Shown: positions 16,820 through 26,342 of the stretch, piece after piece
Numbering within the stretch: position 1 is the first letter of the stretch
How the letters are laid out: every line of letters starts with the position of its first letter
Assembly: GCF_018336915.1 (NCBI RefSeq)
Contig: NZ_CP064923.1
Location: forward strand, 690,001 to 722,000
Reading direction: 5' to 3'
Length of the DNA: 32,000 bases
From: Acaryochloris marina S15
GTDB lineage: Bacteria > Cyanobacteriota > Cyanobacteriia > Thermosynechococcales > Thermosynechococcaceae
Program-made: the position numbers and the translations under genes
The notes under the pieces: model-generated
Seen by the model: only the letters and a program-made list of their open reading frames with translations
The model's database searches: none
Told to the model about the DNA's origin: nothing

Positions 16820-17431
16820 CTACAAACTGTGAATTCGGGCTACATTGAGCCCACTAACAAATCCGCCCATGGCAAAGAACATCATGGCCATCATGGCGAT
16901 ACAGGTCGCGGACAGAACCACGCGATGCTGACGCTCCATAATTTGATCGCCGTATTGCCACAACACCCAGGTTGAGGCCACCCCTAACGGCAAAGTAAAT
17001 AACACCGTAAATTCATGATATTCCATGAATAAGTAGTGAACTAACGGTGTATTCTCCAAAATCCAGCGACGAGCACCTCCTATGGGTGCCCGATATCGCA
17101 TATAGGCCCAATTGCCTGAAGCAATCGCTAAAAAAGCGATAGACGAGGCCCAAAAAATGACGGTGCGAACTTGCGGCAATATTCGGTGAGACCCTCGCAA
17201 TAAGGGAAATGCCAGATGCCCTGCATAGGCAATTACAACAGTAGCTAAGAGCGCGGCAACGCCATGAATCGCTCCCATCGACCGCTGCCAAGGGCTAGGA
17301 CTCAAAACATTGACAACGGGCAAAAATAGAAACAAGCCTGCCGAAAGCAGTCCTAATGCGTAAACGCAGATTGTGGCAATATCTTTTGTTTTCGGAAAGG
17401 TTACAGGTTTTACATCAATCGGTTGTTGCAT
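16820..17431 (-). CDS. Hypothetical integral membrane protein with His residues inside TM helices
   Basis: 203 aa with about 5-6 TM segments. His residues lie in or near helices (HGVAALL...AGHLAF, HYLFMEYHEF). ATG start. I recognise no family. Confidence 0.65.
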   Translation of the reverse strand: MQQPIDVKPVTFPKTKDIATICVYALGLLSAGLFLFLPVVNVLSPSPWQRSMGAIHGVAALLATVVIAYAGHLAFPLLRGSHRILPQVRTVIFWASSIAFLAIASGNWAYMRYRAPIGGARRWILENTPLVHYLFMEYHEFTVLFTLPLGVASTWVLWQYGDQIMERQHRVVLSATCIAMMAMMFFAMGGFVSGLNVARIHSL

Positions 17432-17734
17432 ACAGAAATCGCCTTTAAGTTAATGTCTCCCAATAGAGGATTCGCAGCGTAATACGCTGGGTGGACTCCT
17501 GTCTCAGAACGCTAACCTCTCTATGAGGCAAGCATTCCAACGAAATCCTGTTGGTCTGTTATGGACAGAGTTGGATTCACCCAAATGCAGTCTTTTTAAA
17601 GACTCTAGAAGAATGCACAATTGTGAATGTATTACTCACAAGATACTTTATCAATAAGTGGCATTTATATTGAGAAAGAATTTCAATAATTGTTGCAGTA
17701 TTAGGAATTAGGTCGTGCGAGGCTGCGACCTAGA

Positions 17735-17777
17735 GCCAACGGCTTGCCGATAGATGGTCTATTGACAAGCCGTTGGC
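17735..17777. repeat. 43-nt extended hairpin
   Basis: GCCAACGGCTTG (17735..17746) and CAAGCCGTTGGC (17766..17777) are exact reverse complements. They enclose an inner ATAGA-TGG-TCTAT hairpin. An adjacent AGGTCG...CGACCT hairpin lies at 17710..17731. Confidence 0.8.
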
Positions 17778-17979
17778 AAAACTAAAAAAATTAGTACCCA
17801 ATACAGCCTGAAGACAGTACTCCAAAGCTTTTTAGGCTAGTTGACTGGCAGGGAAAGCTTAAGATTTGGCGTTGCTCGACGACGGGGTGATTCTAAATAT
17901 CGCCCTACCTTGAAAACTTTGCCCTACAATCCTTTCAGAATATTGATGAGATTGGAATCATCCCTGAATTGAGCAATGT

Positions 17980-18735
17980 CTAAGACGCAGCGGGCTTAAG
18001 ATTAGGTAAAAGCTCTACTTTTACGGGGGCAGGTGTCAGGGGCTTTAATCTCAAATCCACGTAAAATTCGTTTTGCTCTAGCTCCACTTTGGATTGAGCA
18101 CAGAGTAATAACAATGCCCAGAAGACCCCCACCCGGTCGTTCATAAAGGATAGTAACTCTTCAAAGTCTAGCCAGATTTGGTTGGGATCTAAGCGGGCAA
18201 AAATTTCCTCTAATTGCTCTGCAACTTCTGAAAGATTTTCTTGGTGAGCCAGTTGTGTAATCGCTTTCATCGATTTGGCTTTCGACATGCGCCGGACTTT
18301 GCGGACTTTGGGGCGCTCGGCTTGGCGCTCAACGGCAACGGCCATCAGTTCTAACTGATTGATCAACTCTGTTAGGGTTACCCGTCGTCGTTGGGGAGGA
18401 CGAGCCACAGGACGACGTTGCAGACAGCCTTCTAAGGGAGAGGGGAGGCCGTTGGATACGGCTTCCATATCGTCAAATAAGAGCAGCTCCATTTCATCTG
18501 GCTCTTGCGGTTCTTCAATGAAGTCACCTAGGGTTTCGGCCTTGAGAAGAACCAGCATGGATGCATAGAGAAAAGCCTGGCCTGAATCTGACAGTTCCTG
18601 GGAGTCTTGATAGGATAAGTGGCTTAAAAACCGGTCAAAGACATCAATGACTTGCACATCCCATGGATCGATTTCACCCCGTTGGGCTAAGTCGATCAGC
18701 ATAGAGATGGCATTGTGGGCAAAGGAACTGCTCAT
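17980..18735 (-). CDS. scpA: Segregation and condensation protein A
   Basis: The N-terminus LIDLAQRGEIDPWDVQVIDVFDRFL and the overall length match kleisin ScpA. Confidence 0.9.
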   Translation of the reverse strand: MSSSFAHNAISMLIDLAQRGEIDPWDVQVIDVFDRFLSHLSYQDSQELSDSGQAFLYASMLVLLKAETLGDFIEEPQEPDEMELLLFDDMEAVSNGLPSPLEGCLQRRPVARPPQRRRVTLTELINQLELMAVAVERQAERPKVRKVRRMSKAKSMKAITQLAHQENLSEVAEQLEEIFARLDPNQIWLDFEELLSFMNDRVGVFWALLLLCAQSKVELEQNEFYVDLRLKPLTPAPVKVELLPNLKPAAS

Positions 18736-18741
18736 ATAGAT

Positions 18742-19188
18742 TTAGTCTGGAACAAGCTCAGACGGTGGAGGAGTAAGGATAGTGGATTCAGGTTCTGAAC
18801 GAGGAACAACGGTTTTTATCGTTGGTTCAGATAAGGTGGCAACAGAGACGGCATCACTGGTGACCGTTGCTTGGCTAGGCAGGAGCAGGCGTTGCTCTTC
18901 TAGTTCGGCTTTGTAGCGTTCAAGGTCTATTTGTAAGGATTCAATTTCAACTTCTCTTGCTTGCAAAGCTTCGCGGGTGACAAATAACTCTTGCACCGTC
19001 GTCCAAACGCTAAAGACCCAGGCGAGAATAGCGCCAATCCCTAAGGTAATAATCAATTCAATCGACAATGGAGCTGTGATTTGGATACCATTCACGACTT
19101 TGATACTGACAAGTTGTGTATTTTCGATCGCAAATAAGACAACAGCCAGACAAATGACAAAAATCAGAGTAAAGTTGACCTGCCGCAT
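18742..19188 (-). CDS. LapA/DUF1049 family membrane protein
   Basis: Two N-terminal TM helices (NFTLIFVICLAVVLFAIEN...LIITLGIGAILAWVF) are followed by a coiled-coil region. It sits 6 nt upstream of scpA on the same strand. Confidence 0.8.
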   Translation of the reverse strand: MRQVNFTLIFVICLAVVLFAIENTQLVSIKVVNGIQITAPLSIELIITLGIGAILAWVFSVWTTVQELFVTREALQAREVEIESLQIDLERYKAELEEQRLLLPSQATVTSDAVSVATLSEPTIKTVVPRSEPESTILTPPPSELVPD

Positions 19189-19425
19189 TCGATAACTCCC
19201 AAGGTTATATAATTCTGCAATTTCAGCGATACTAAGCTTTTGATGGATTGAGATTGAGCTTACAAAAGGGCTAATTTTGGATATTTTTTCAAAGCTTAGC
19301 AGGTCTCGCGAGATTTAGGCAGTTTCCTTTAGAGGAATATTAAAATTCGGGCTTGTTAGGATAACAGTACCGTTTCCTTTTCCTGACAAATTTATTCTGT
19401 CCCTCTCTGGGACTTTCATTAGCAC

Positions 19426-20205
19426 ATGCTACCCAAGGCACAATTATTAAAAGGTGCAGAACATACAGACTGTATGTCTCGCCTTCTTGACCAGGCCACT
19501 CAAGCGTTGAAGACTTGGGAGGTGGTGGTCTCTGCCTTTCTCTCTCCGCCAGAGCTGGCAGAAGCCCAACAAATGTTTGCGCCTTTGACGGAAGTCTCGA
19601 TTCTGGCTTGGGGGGGCTATCCCCAGGCTGAACGGCAGCGGATTGCGATCGCTCATTCGGATCTTCCCCTAGAGCAAGATCAGGTCGAGCTGTCTGCCCT
19701 CAGTATTTCCGGGAATTTTCTCTTCGATCCAGCTACCCACCGTGACTTTTTAGGAGCCCTTCTGGGTACCGGGATTGTTCGCGATCAGGTGGGAGATATT
19801 TTGGTGTTGGGGGAACGAGGCGCTCAAGCGATCGCATCTCCGCAACTGGTGCCTTTTCTAGAAACCCACCTGACTCAGGTGCGCACCGTGCCAGTCCAGG
19901 TGGAACCGATTCCCTTTGATCAATTGAAGGTGCGAGAACCCCGCTGCAAGGAGATGACGACGGTCGAAGCCTCTATGCGCCTTGATGCAGTAGCCTCTGC
20001 TGGCTTTGGCCTATCCCGCAACAAAATGGTTAACCTGATCAATACGGGAGATGTCCGGGTTAACTGGAAAGACATTTCCCAATCCAGCTATACCCTCAAA
20101 ACCGGAGATTTAGTCACGATCCGAGGCAAGGGGCGTCTGGAGCTGGGTGAAGTGCAAATTACCAAAAAAGAGCGCTACCGGATTCAGCTCAAGCGGTTTA
20201 GCTAA
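19426..20205 (+). CDS. Photosystem II S4 domain protein (YlmH-like)
   Basis: The C-terminal S4 RNA-binding motif is MRLDAVASAGFGLSRNKMVNLINTGDVRVNWK. The cyanobacterial PSII-S4 family pattern is present upstream of it. Confidence 0.85.
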   Translation: MLPKAQLLKGAEHTDCMSRLLDQATQALKTWEVVVSAFLSPPELAEAQQMFAPLTEVSILAWGGYPQAERQRIAIAHSDLPLEQDQVELSALSISGNFLFDPATHRDFLGALLGTGIVRDQVGDILVLGERGAQAIASPQLVPFLETHLTQVRTVPVQVEPIPFDQLKVREPRCKEMTTVEASMRLDAVASAGFGLSRNKMVNLINTGDVRVNWKDISQSSYTLKTGDLVTIRGKGRLELGEVQITKKERYRIQLKRFS

Positions 20206-21869
20206 GAGTCTAAGGGAACCTGCTGCCAGGTCTCCTGTTCCACAACTGTATGGGCCTGCCATTGTTCTTGGGATTCGGGATAGTCGGCTCGATAATGGCC
20301 GCCCCGACTTTCGGTGCGAAAGTGAGCACTCTTGAGAATTAAGTAACCAATATCCAGCAAATTCTGGGTTTCTGCCCAAGCTCTTACCGGAATATTGGGA
20401 TTAACCGTCACCGTTTGCCCTGGCGATATGTGGTTGAGTTGCTGGGATAAGGGAGAGCTTAGGAAGGCTTGTCGCCACTGATGCACTTGTGCGATCGCAC
20501 GTTGCATCTGTTCCCCCGAGCGGGCAATACCGGCGCTATTCCATAAAACTTCAGGAAGCTGAGCGCGAACCTCAGCCAACATTGATTCGTCTTGTGGCTC
20601 TATCTTTAGATCGGTACTCCCTAAGGCTTCAGTTTGGGGGATATCCGCAATCGGGATAGACGATATATCAAGATGGGCAAACTCAGCCGCAAACACTAAG
20701 CATTCTAAGAGAGAGTTACTGGCCAATCGATTAGCACCATGTACCCCCGTGCTGGCAACTTCTCCGACTGCATACAGCCCGGGAATGGAGGTTTGACTTT
20801 GCAAATCGGTCCGAATTCCCCCCATCCAGTAATGGGCCGCAGGTGATACCGGAATGGGATTTTGATAAACATCCACTCCCCACTTCTGGCAAACCTGAAT
20901 AATCTTGGGAAATCGTCGCTGGATTTTCTCAGGGGCAATGGGTCTCAGGTCCAGCCATACCTGATGGTCTTGGGACTCAGAGGCCTGTAAATGGGTGAAA
21001 ATAGACCGACTGACCACATCCCTCGGTGCCAGTTCTCCCTGGGGATGATAGTCAAACATAAATCGGTGACCGGAGGTATCCAAAAGATGAGCCCCTTCAC
21101 CGCGCACTGCTTCACTAATTAAAAATCTGGGCGCACCCGGTAAGGTTAGAGCTGTGGGATGGAATTGAAAAAACTCCAAATCTCGCAATTGGACACCTGC
21201 CCGCCACCCCATCGCTACCCCATCGCCTGTACTTAAGGCTGGATTAGTCGTTTGTGAAAAGACTTGTCCGCCACCCCCTGTAGCTAAAATAACGGCTGCA
21301 GCAGACACCCAAGAAATCTGACCTGCCGATAGCAAACAGATACCTTGGCAACGTCCTGTATCGGGATGTTGCCATAGCTCCAGGGTGAACGTATCGGCCA
21401 GCACTTCTATATTCGATCGCTGCCACATTTGGGCGGTTAGGGTTTTGATCAGGGCTCTTCCCGTTGTATCCGCGGCATGGAGAACCCGAGGGCGAGAGTG
21501 CGCTGCCTCTAAGGTCGCAGCCAATTGCTGATCTTGACGACGGTCAAAGGCAATTCCCATCTCCAACAAGGCATGTACCTGAGATGGTGCTTGCTGCACA
21601 AGAAAATTAACTGCCTTAGTTTCACACAGCCCTACGCCTGCACTAACAGTATCTTGGGCATGCAGTTCCGGTGAGTCACCTTTATCAAAGGCGGCTGCGA
21701 TACCTCCCTGAGCCCAATCGCTAGCAGATCGCGACAAACTATCTTTGGTAATCAGTCCAACCCTAACGTGTGAGGGGAGTGACAAGGCAGCATAAAGCCC
21801 GGCGGCACCACCCCCGACAACGAGGACATCAAAGTGGGAAGACACTTGAGTATGGAGATCTTGTGACAA
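20202..21869 (-). CDS. nadB: L-aspartate oxidase
   Basis: FAD-binding motif DVLVVGGGAAGLYAAL, with RFMFDYHP.GELAPRDVVSR and a C-terminal ESRGGHYR motif typical of NadB. Confidence 0.95.
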   Translation of the reverse strand: MSQDLHTQVSSHFDVLVVGGGAAGLYAALSLPSHVRVGLITKDSLSRSASDWAQGGIAAAFDKGDSPELHAQDTVSAGVGLCETKAVNFLVQQAPSQVHALLEMGIAFDRRQDQQLAATLEAAHSRPRVLHAADTTGRALIKTLTAQMWQRSNIEVLADTFTLELWQHPDTGRCQGICLLSAGQISWVSAAAVILATGGGGQVFSQTTNPALSTGDGVAMGWRAGVQLRDLEFFQFHPTALTLPGAPRFLISEAVRGEGAHLLDTSGHRFMFDYHPQGELAPRDVVSRSIFTHLQASESQDHQVWLDLRPIAPEKIQRRFPKIIQVCQKWGVDVYQNPIPVSPAAHYWMGGIRTDLQSQTSIPGLYAVGEVASTGVHGANRLASNSLLECLVFAAEFAHLDISSIPIADIPQTEALGSTDLKIEPQDESMLAEVRAQLPEVLWNSAGIARSGEQMQRAIAQVHQWRQAFLSSPLSQQLNHISPGQTVTVNPNIPVRAWAETQNLLDIGYLILKSAHFRTESRGGHYRADYPESQEQWQAHTVVEQETWQQVPLDS

Positions 21870-21969
21870 GGTTCAAGAAAAATTGCTGTAATGCAGCATA
21901 AAAAATACTCTCCACCTTAAAGCAGTGGTCAAGTCAACGACTGCGTAGGCAGAGAGTGCAATTGTACAA

Positions 21970-22010
21970 ACTGATGGAATAGAAGTTCGGCCACGTTCTA
22001 AACCATCAGT
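21970..22010 (-). terminator. Imperfect hairpin downstream of psbU
   Basis: ACTGATGG/CCATCAGT outer stem and TAGAA/TTCTA inner stem, 13 nt after the psbU stop. On the minus strand it is followed by TTGT. Confidence 0.4.
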
Positions 22011-22022
22011 ACATAAAGATAA

Positions 22023-22457
22023 TTACTTCATGAAAGGCTTGTAAGAACCAGGATTATAACGGTCCTGACCACCAACCAAAGAAGGATCAGGGTCAGAAAT
22101 CGTAAAGTTACCTAGGTTATCTTGTAAAGTTTTCTTTTGCTGGTCAGTTAAACCATCAATTTGTAAAACTTCGTCAACACTGCTGTATGGTGCATTCTGC
22201 ACGACTTTACCAGCAACAGTGGGATAAAGGCCCTTGTATTTCATAAATGCAAGGACATTGGTGTTATTGACATCGATCTTTTGACCAAAGTCTGTTTCCA
22301 ATTTTGCGTCAATTGGGTTACGGTAGGCTTCTGCAAGCACGATGCTGGGGCCAGACTGTAAATTGAGGGCATTTACAGGTTGGGACCAACCAAAGAAGCT
22401 AAGGCATGTTGCCAGAGCTAGACCAATCAAACCAAAACGACGGACAAACGAATGCAT
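22023..22457 (-). CDS. psbU: Photosystem II 12-kDa extrinsic protein PsbU
   Basis: A signal peptide is followed by KIDVNNTNVLAFMKYKGLYPTVAGKVVQNAPYSSVDEVLQIDGLTDQQK, the PsbU helix-hairpin-helix pattern. Confidence 0.95.
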   Translation of the reverse strand: MHSFVRRFGLIGLALATCLSFFGWSQPVNALNLQSGPSIVLAEAYRNPIDAKLETDFGQKIDVNNTNVLAFMKYKGLYPTVAGKVVQNAPYSSVDEVLQIDGLTDQQKKTLQDNLGNFTISDPDPSLVGGQDRYNPGSYKPFMK

Positions 22458-22596
22458 ATCCTTAAGTACCTCCCTGTCTCAGAGATTTCAACACAGCTCT
22501 TAAAAGAGCCTATCATCAACTACAGACTCCAACCCACAAAAAAAGTTTTTTAGGGTATTGTTTTCTGAAATTTGTATTTTCAATACACCAATATTA

Positions 22597-23853
22597 CTAC
22601 TGGTTGGTCTCTAAAAAAGTTTTGAGTTCGGGAAAAGAGCAAGCATAAGCTGGTTTAGGATTTACGTACCCCTTCAATTGCACCGTAAATTGGCGTAATG
22701 GCAAATCCTCGCTCTGCCATTCCTGCATATATTGATACGTTGTCGCTCCTACCGCAATATCAAGACCAATTTGCTTTGTGCAAGTTTCTAAACGAAACGC
22801 TGCATTGACTGTATCCCCTAGGGCGGTATAGTCTGGCCGATCGCTACTGCCTGTATTGCCTACCATTCCATAGCCCGTATTGAGGCCAGCTCCAATTTTT
22901 AGGGGAAAAGGTAAGGGATAGACCAAATGGAGCTTCTGGGTCATTTCATTGAGCTGATGGATGGCCTGGAAGGGCTGCTGTAGGTCTTGCTGGCTCACAT
23001 CTTGGGTGCCACCGTGAATCCATACGGCCATGACTGCATCACCGATATATTTATCCACCCAGCTGCCGTTAGCTCGAATAATATCTCCTGCCTTGCGGAA
23101 CCAAGTGCCGACTACCTCAGATAAGAGGCGTTCATCTAAACTTCGGGTCAGACCCGTAAAGTTGCGAATATCAACCACTAATACTGAGATCAACCGTCGA
23201 ACATGCAGCAAAGCAGTGACCGGTGCTTCCGATAAACCCTGAGTGGCAGTAGATAAGCGAACCGCATCGGGATTATAGAATTCAACGTTGGTTTGGCCGA
23301 AGGTGAGTTTATCGCCATGTTTCAAAGACATGGGGACACTGACTCGCCGTCCATTTACAAATGAGCCATTGTGACTCCCTAAGTCAATTAAATAGAGTTC
23401 TCTTGCGCCCATCGACTGGAGCATGGCATGGTTGCGTGACATCCATTGATCCGGTAGCACAATCGCGTTGTCAGACCCTCGGCCAATGGTCCAGTAGGAA
23501 TTGCCAACGAGGGAGAGCTTATAGCTCCCCGATTCACCGTGAACATTGAGATAAGGATGATGGGCATCGCCATCAGGATGGGGCAACAGTGGACGAGATA
23601 ACACCTCTGTAGAACTGTCAAACTCGGTACTAGAGCTGTTGAGTTCCTGCTGCAGTTGGATAACCTGTTGCTGTTGCTGTAGAACAATGGCAATCAGCTG
23701 TTCCCGAGTAAGACCTGAAAGGCTTTGGGAATTAAAAACAGAGAGCAGCTCAGGAGGCTCTGAAATAGATATGGTTTTACGAGAGTCATGGGTGGCCTCG
23801 TTGCCATGACTCTCGTGCTCGCAATTACTCGGGGTGCTGTCGGTACCAATCAA
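22597..23853 (-). CDS. FHA domain-containing class III adenylate/guanylate cyclase (Cya1-like architecture)
   Basis: The FHA region is YWTIGRGSDNAIVLPD..SRNHAML...LIDLGSHNGSFVNG. The cyclase region is VLVVDIRNFTGLT...KYIGDAVMAVW...GLNTG...GDTVNAAFRLE. The only in-frame start is the TTG at 23853. Confidence 0.9.
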   Translation of the reverse strand: MIGTDSTPSNCEHESHGNEATHDSRKTISISEPPELLSVFNSQSLSGLTREQLIAIVLQQQQQVIQLQQELNSSSTEFDSSTEVLSRPLLPHPDGDAHHPYLNVHGESGSYKLSLVGNSYWTIGRGSDNAIVLPDQWMSRNHAMLQSMGARELYLIDLGSHNGSFVNGRRVSVPMSLKHGDKLTFGQTNVEFYNPDAVRLSTATQGLSEAPVTALLHVRRLISVLVVDIRNFTGLTRSLDERLLSEVVGTWFRKAGDIIRANGSWVDKYIGDAVMAVWIHGGTQDVSQQDLQQPFQAIHQLNEMTQKLHLVYPLPFPLKIGAGLNTGYGMVGNTGSSDRPDYTALGDTVNAAFRLETCTKQIGLDIAVGATTYQYMQEWQSEDLPLRQFTVQLKGYVNPKPAYACSFPELKTFLETNQ

Positions 23854-24769
23854 TGGTGTTCTGTAATCCCTGCTCTAAGGTGATGTTGGCGGTAAAGCCG
23901 AATTTTGCTTTAGCTTTAGCCGTATCCAAACAACGACGTGGCTGACCATTTGGCTTATCCGTGAGCCAAACCACGTCACCTTTGAAGTCCATCAATCGAC
24001 AAATTAAGGTAACGAGATCACGAATGGAGACTTCAGAATTCGTTCCCAAATTAATGGGATCAGATTCGTTGTAATCCTCCATCGCCATTATTATTCCCCG
24101 TGCAGCATCCTCAGAGTACAAAAACTCTCGGGTCGGTGTTCCATCGCCCCAAACTTCTAGTTGAGTTGCCTCAGCTTTCTGGGCTTCGTAGACTTTGCGA
24201 ATCAGTGCAGGGATGACATGGGAGCTTTGAGGATTGAAATTATCTTCTGGGCCATATAAATTCACGGGTAGTAGATAGACCCCGTTAAACCCATACTGCT
24301 GCCGATAGGCTTGGAGCTGGACGAGTAACGCTTTTTTTGCCACCCCATAAGGTGCATTGGTCTCTTCGGGATAGCCATCCCAGATGTCTTCTTCTTTGAA
24401 GGGGACGGGAGTGAATTTGGGATAGGCGCAAATGGTGCCGACACAGACAAATTTCTCAACGTCCTTTTCATAGGCCGCATGAATCAGTTGGGTGCCCATC
24501 ATCAAATTGTCATAGAACAATTCAGCAGGTTTGATTTGGTTTAAACCAATGCCACCAACATGGGCTGCTAAGTGGATGACAATATCCTGTCCTGCAACAG
24601 CGTCTTGACAAGCACTCAGGGATCGCAAATCACAGGTGGAAGAGCGAGGGATGGAAATATTCTCAAGTTGTGCCCCGGCTTTTTGCAGTTGGGCAATGAC
24701 TTGACGGCCCAGAAAACCTGCGCCTCCAGTGACTAGAATTTTTTTGCTGGCAAGGTTGGATATAGTCAT
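23825..24769 (-). CDS. fcl: GDP-L-fucose synthase (GDP-4-keto-6-deoxy-D-mannose epimerase/reductase)
   Basis: KILVTGGAGFLGRQV Rossmann motif, YGVAKK catalytic YxxxK and a WGDGTPTREFLY motif. Confidence 0.9.
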   Translation of the reverse strand: MTISNLASKKILVTGGAGFLGRQVIAQLQKAGAQLENISIPRSSTCDLRSLSACQDAVAGQDIVIHLAAHVGGIGLNQIKPAELFYDNLMMGTQLIHAAYEKDVEKFVCVGTICAYPKFTPVPFKEEDIWDGYPEETNAPYGVAKKALLVQLQAYRQQYGFNGVYLLPVNLYGPEDNFNPQSSHVIPALIRKVYEAQKAEATQLEVWGDGTPTREFLYSEDAARGIIMAMEDYNESDPINLGTNSEVSIRDLVTLICRLMDFKGDVVWLTDKPNGQPRRCLDTAKAKAKFGFTANITLEQGLQNTIDWYRQHPE

Positions 24770-24877
24770 GATTATGTTTTGTCAAATACAGTTATTGACG
24801 GACAACCGAATTAAGCTGGGAATGCTAGGCTAATAATGCTAGCTTAGACATTCTCATCTATTTTTTAAAAAACTCCT

Positions 24878-25075
24878 ATGGAATTGCATGAACAGGCTGA
24901 CGAGCCCCCTGAACGTAGCTCCGATGTTCTTTCCAAGATTGCTGGAACTGCGATCGCATGTCTGACCTTGGCTATGCCGCTCTATGTGACAACGTACTAT
25001 TCTTCAACCCGTCAACTTCCACTCTCTCCTCAGTTTTCTGAGTCCGTTATGGCAAAAGAGCGGCCCCAAAGCTAG
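24878..25075 (+). CDS. Small hypothetical protein with one TM segment (weak call)
   Basis: 65-aa ORF with a hydrophobic segment (IAGTAIACLTLAMPLYV). It has no SD sequence and no recognisable family. Confidence 0.25.
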   Translation: MELHEQADEPPERSSDVLSKIAGTAIACLTLAMPLYVTTYYSSTRQLPLSPQFSESVMAKERPQS

Positions 25076-25281
25076 GAGTTCGTTTGAGAGTTTGAGTCTG
25101 ATTCTAACTGCACTTCAAAAGACTCATCTTCGACGGTGACAATATCACCCACACCGAGCTGTCGTCCACGGCGGACTTCAAGCTCTCCGTTGACTGTTAC
25201 AAATCCAGATTGGATCAGATGTTTAGCTTGTCCGCCAGTAAGGGTGACCCCTTGAAATTTTAGAAATTGATCCAGCTTCAT
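25072..25281 (-). CDS. S4 domain RNA-binding protein (YbcJ-like)
   Basis: MKLDQFLKFQGVTLTGGQAKHLIQSGFVTVNGELEVRRGRQLGVGDIV matches the small stand-alone S4 family. Confidence 0.85.
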   Translation of the reverse strand: MKLDQFLKFQGVTLTGGQAKHLIQSGFVTVNGELEVRRGRQLGVGDIVTVEDESFEVQLESDSNSQTNS

Positions 25282-25354
25282 ACAGTTGTTCTGTCAGGTG
25301 TTCATGGTTCTCAACCTAGGGTAAGCAATCTAGAACTAGAATGCTACCCCTCCC

Positions 25355-26308
25355 TTAAGCTTGGCCTGAATCATCAATAATGGAGCGAATCCCTTCGATG
25401 GATGCAGGAACCGATCGAGGATCCATAAACATCACCTTGCTGCTGTCGCTTTCCCCGATGGTTGTTCCCATATCCATATAGTTTTGGGCTAATAAGAACT
25501 GTAGGGCCTGTTCAGCTTTGGGATCTGTTTTGAGGGCTTGACTAACAATCTGCAACGCTTCTGAAGTGGCATGAGCCTTCAACACTCTATCTTGACGTTC
25601 CCCTTGGGCTCTGAGAACGATAGACTGTTGCTCCGCTTCTGCTTCTAAAATGGCCGATTTTTTACGGGCTTCAGCCCCTAAGACTTGTGCCTCAGCAGAG
25701 CCGCGTGCGGAGTTGACAGCAGCTTCTTTTTCACCTTCGGACGTTAGAATCGCTGCTCTTTTTTGGCGTTCAGCAGCCATTTGCAGTTCCATGGAATCTT
25801 GGACGGCTTTAGAGGGGGTAATATCTCGTAGCTCAACCCGTGTGACTTTAACCCCCCAAGGATCGGTCGCGCTATCTAGCTCTTGCAGAAGGATTTCGCT
25901 AATTTGAGTGCGGGCGGTGAAGGTTTCATCTAGTTCGAGCTTACCCATCTCAGCCCGAATTTGAGTTTGGACCAGATTGACCATGGCGGAAGAGAGGTTC
26001 TCAACCTTGTAATAGGCCTTCTCCATGTCGATAATCTGCCAATAAACCACGGCATCAACTGTAATGGCGACATTGTCGCAAGTAATACAGGATTGAGGGT
26101 CAATATCTAATACTTTTAGTCTTAATGTGTCTTTATAGACGATTTGGTCGAGTACAGGAAAAATAATGTTTAATCCTGGATCTAGACGTTTTTTATAACT
26201 TCCTAAGTTCTCGACTAGAGCAGCATTCCCTTGATTAACAATGCGTACAGAGCTAGCTGCACCAGCCCCACCTAAAGCGACCAAAATAACAGTTATAACT
26301 TGCCACAC
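25355..26308 (-). CDS. SPFH/Band 7 (stomatin/paraslipin-like) protein
   Basis: An N-terminal TM segment is followed by [20 protein letters not shown]...[12 protein letters not shown] and an Ala/Glu-rich coiled coil. GTG start at 26308. Confidence 0.95.
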   Translation of the reverse strand: MWQVITVILVALGGAGAASSVRIVNQGNAALVENLGSYKKRLDPGLNIIFPVLDQIVYKDTLRLKVLDIDPQSCITCDNVAITVDAVVYWQIIDMEKAYYKVENLSSAMVNLVQTQIRAEMGKLELDETFTARTQISEILLQELDSATDPWGVKVTRVELRDITPSKAVQDSMELQMAAERQKRAAILTSEGEKEAAVNSARGSAEAQVLGAEARKKSAILEAEAEQQSIVLRAQGERQDRVLKAHATSEALQIVSQALKTDPKAEQALQFLLAQNYMDMGTTIGESDSSKVMFMDPRSVPASIEGIRSIIDDSGQA

Positions 26309-26342
26309 AGTGCTATCTCCCAGTAACTAAGTTTCAGGTGTT

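Noticed and set aside
17432-17640. Assignment of the membrane-operon leader to a known riboswitch class (TPP because of CUGAGA...ACCC; cobalamin because of GGUGAAUCC)
   Set aside because: Only short fragments match. There is no B12 box (GCCACUG). There is no TPP pyrophosphate-sensor helix (CCUGAUCUGG..UAAU..CCAGCG.AGGGA). The enclosed region (about 46 nt) is too short for either aptamer. I kept it only as an unclassified structured leader.
23030-23693. ORFs 23030..23242, 23361..23549 and 23388..23693 within the cyclase gene
   Set aside because: They are nested in or antisense to the strongly supported FHA-cyclase CDS, with no independent support.
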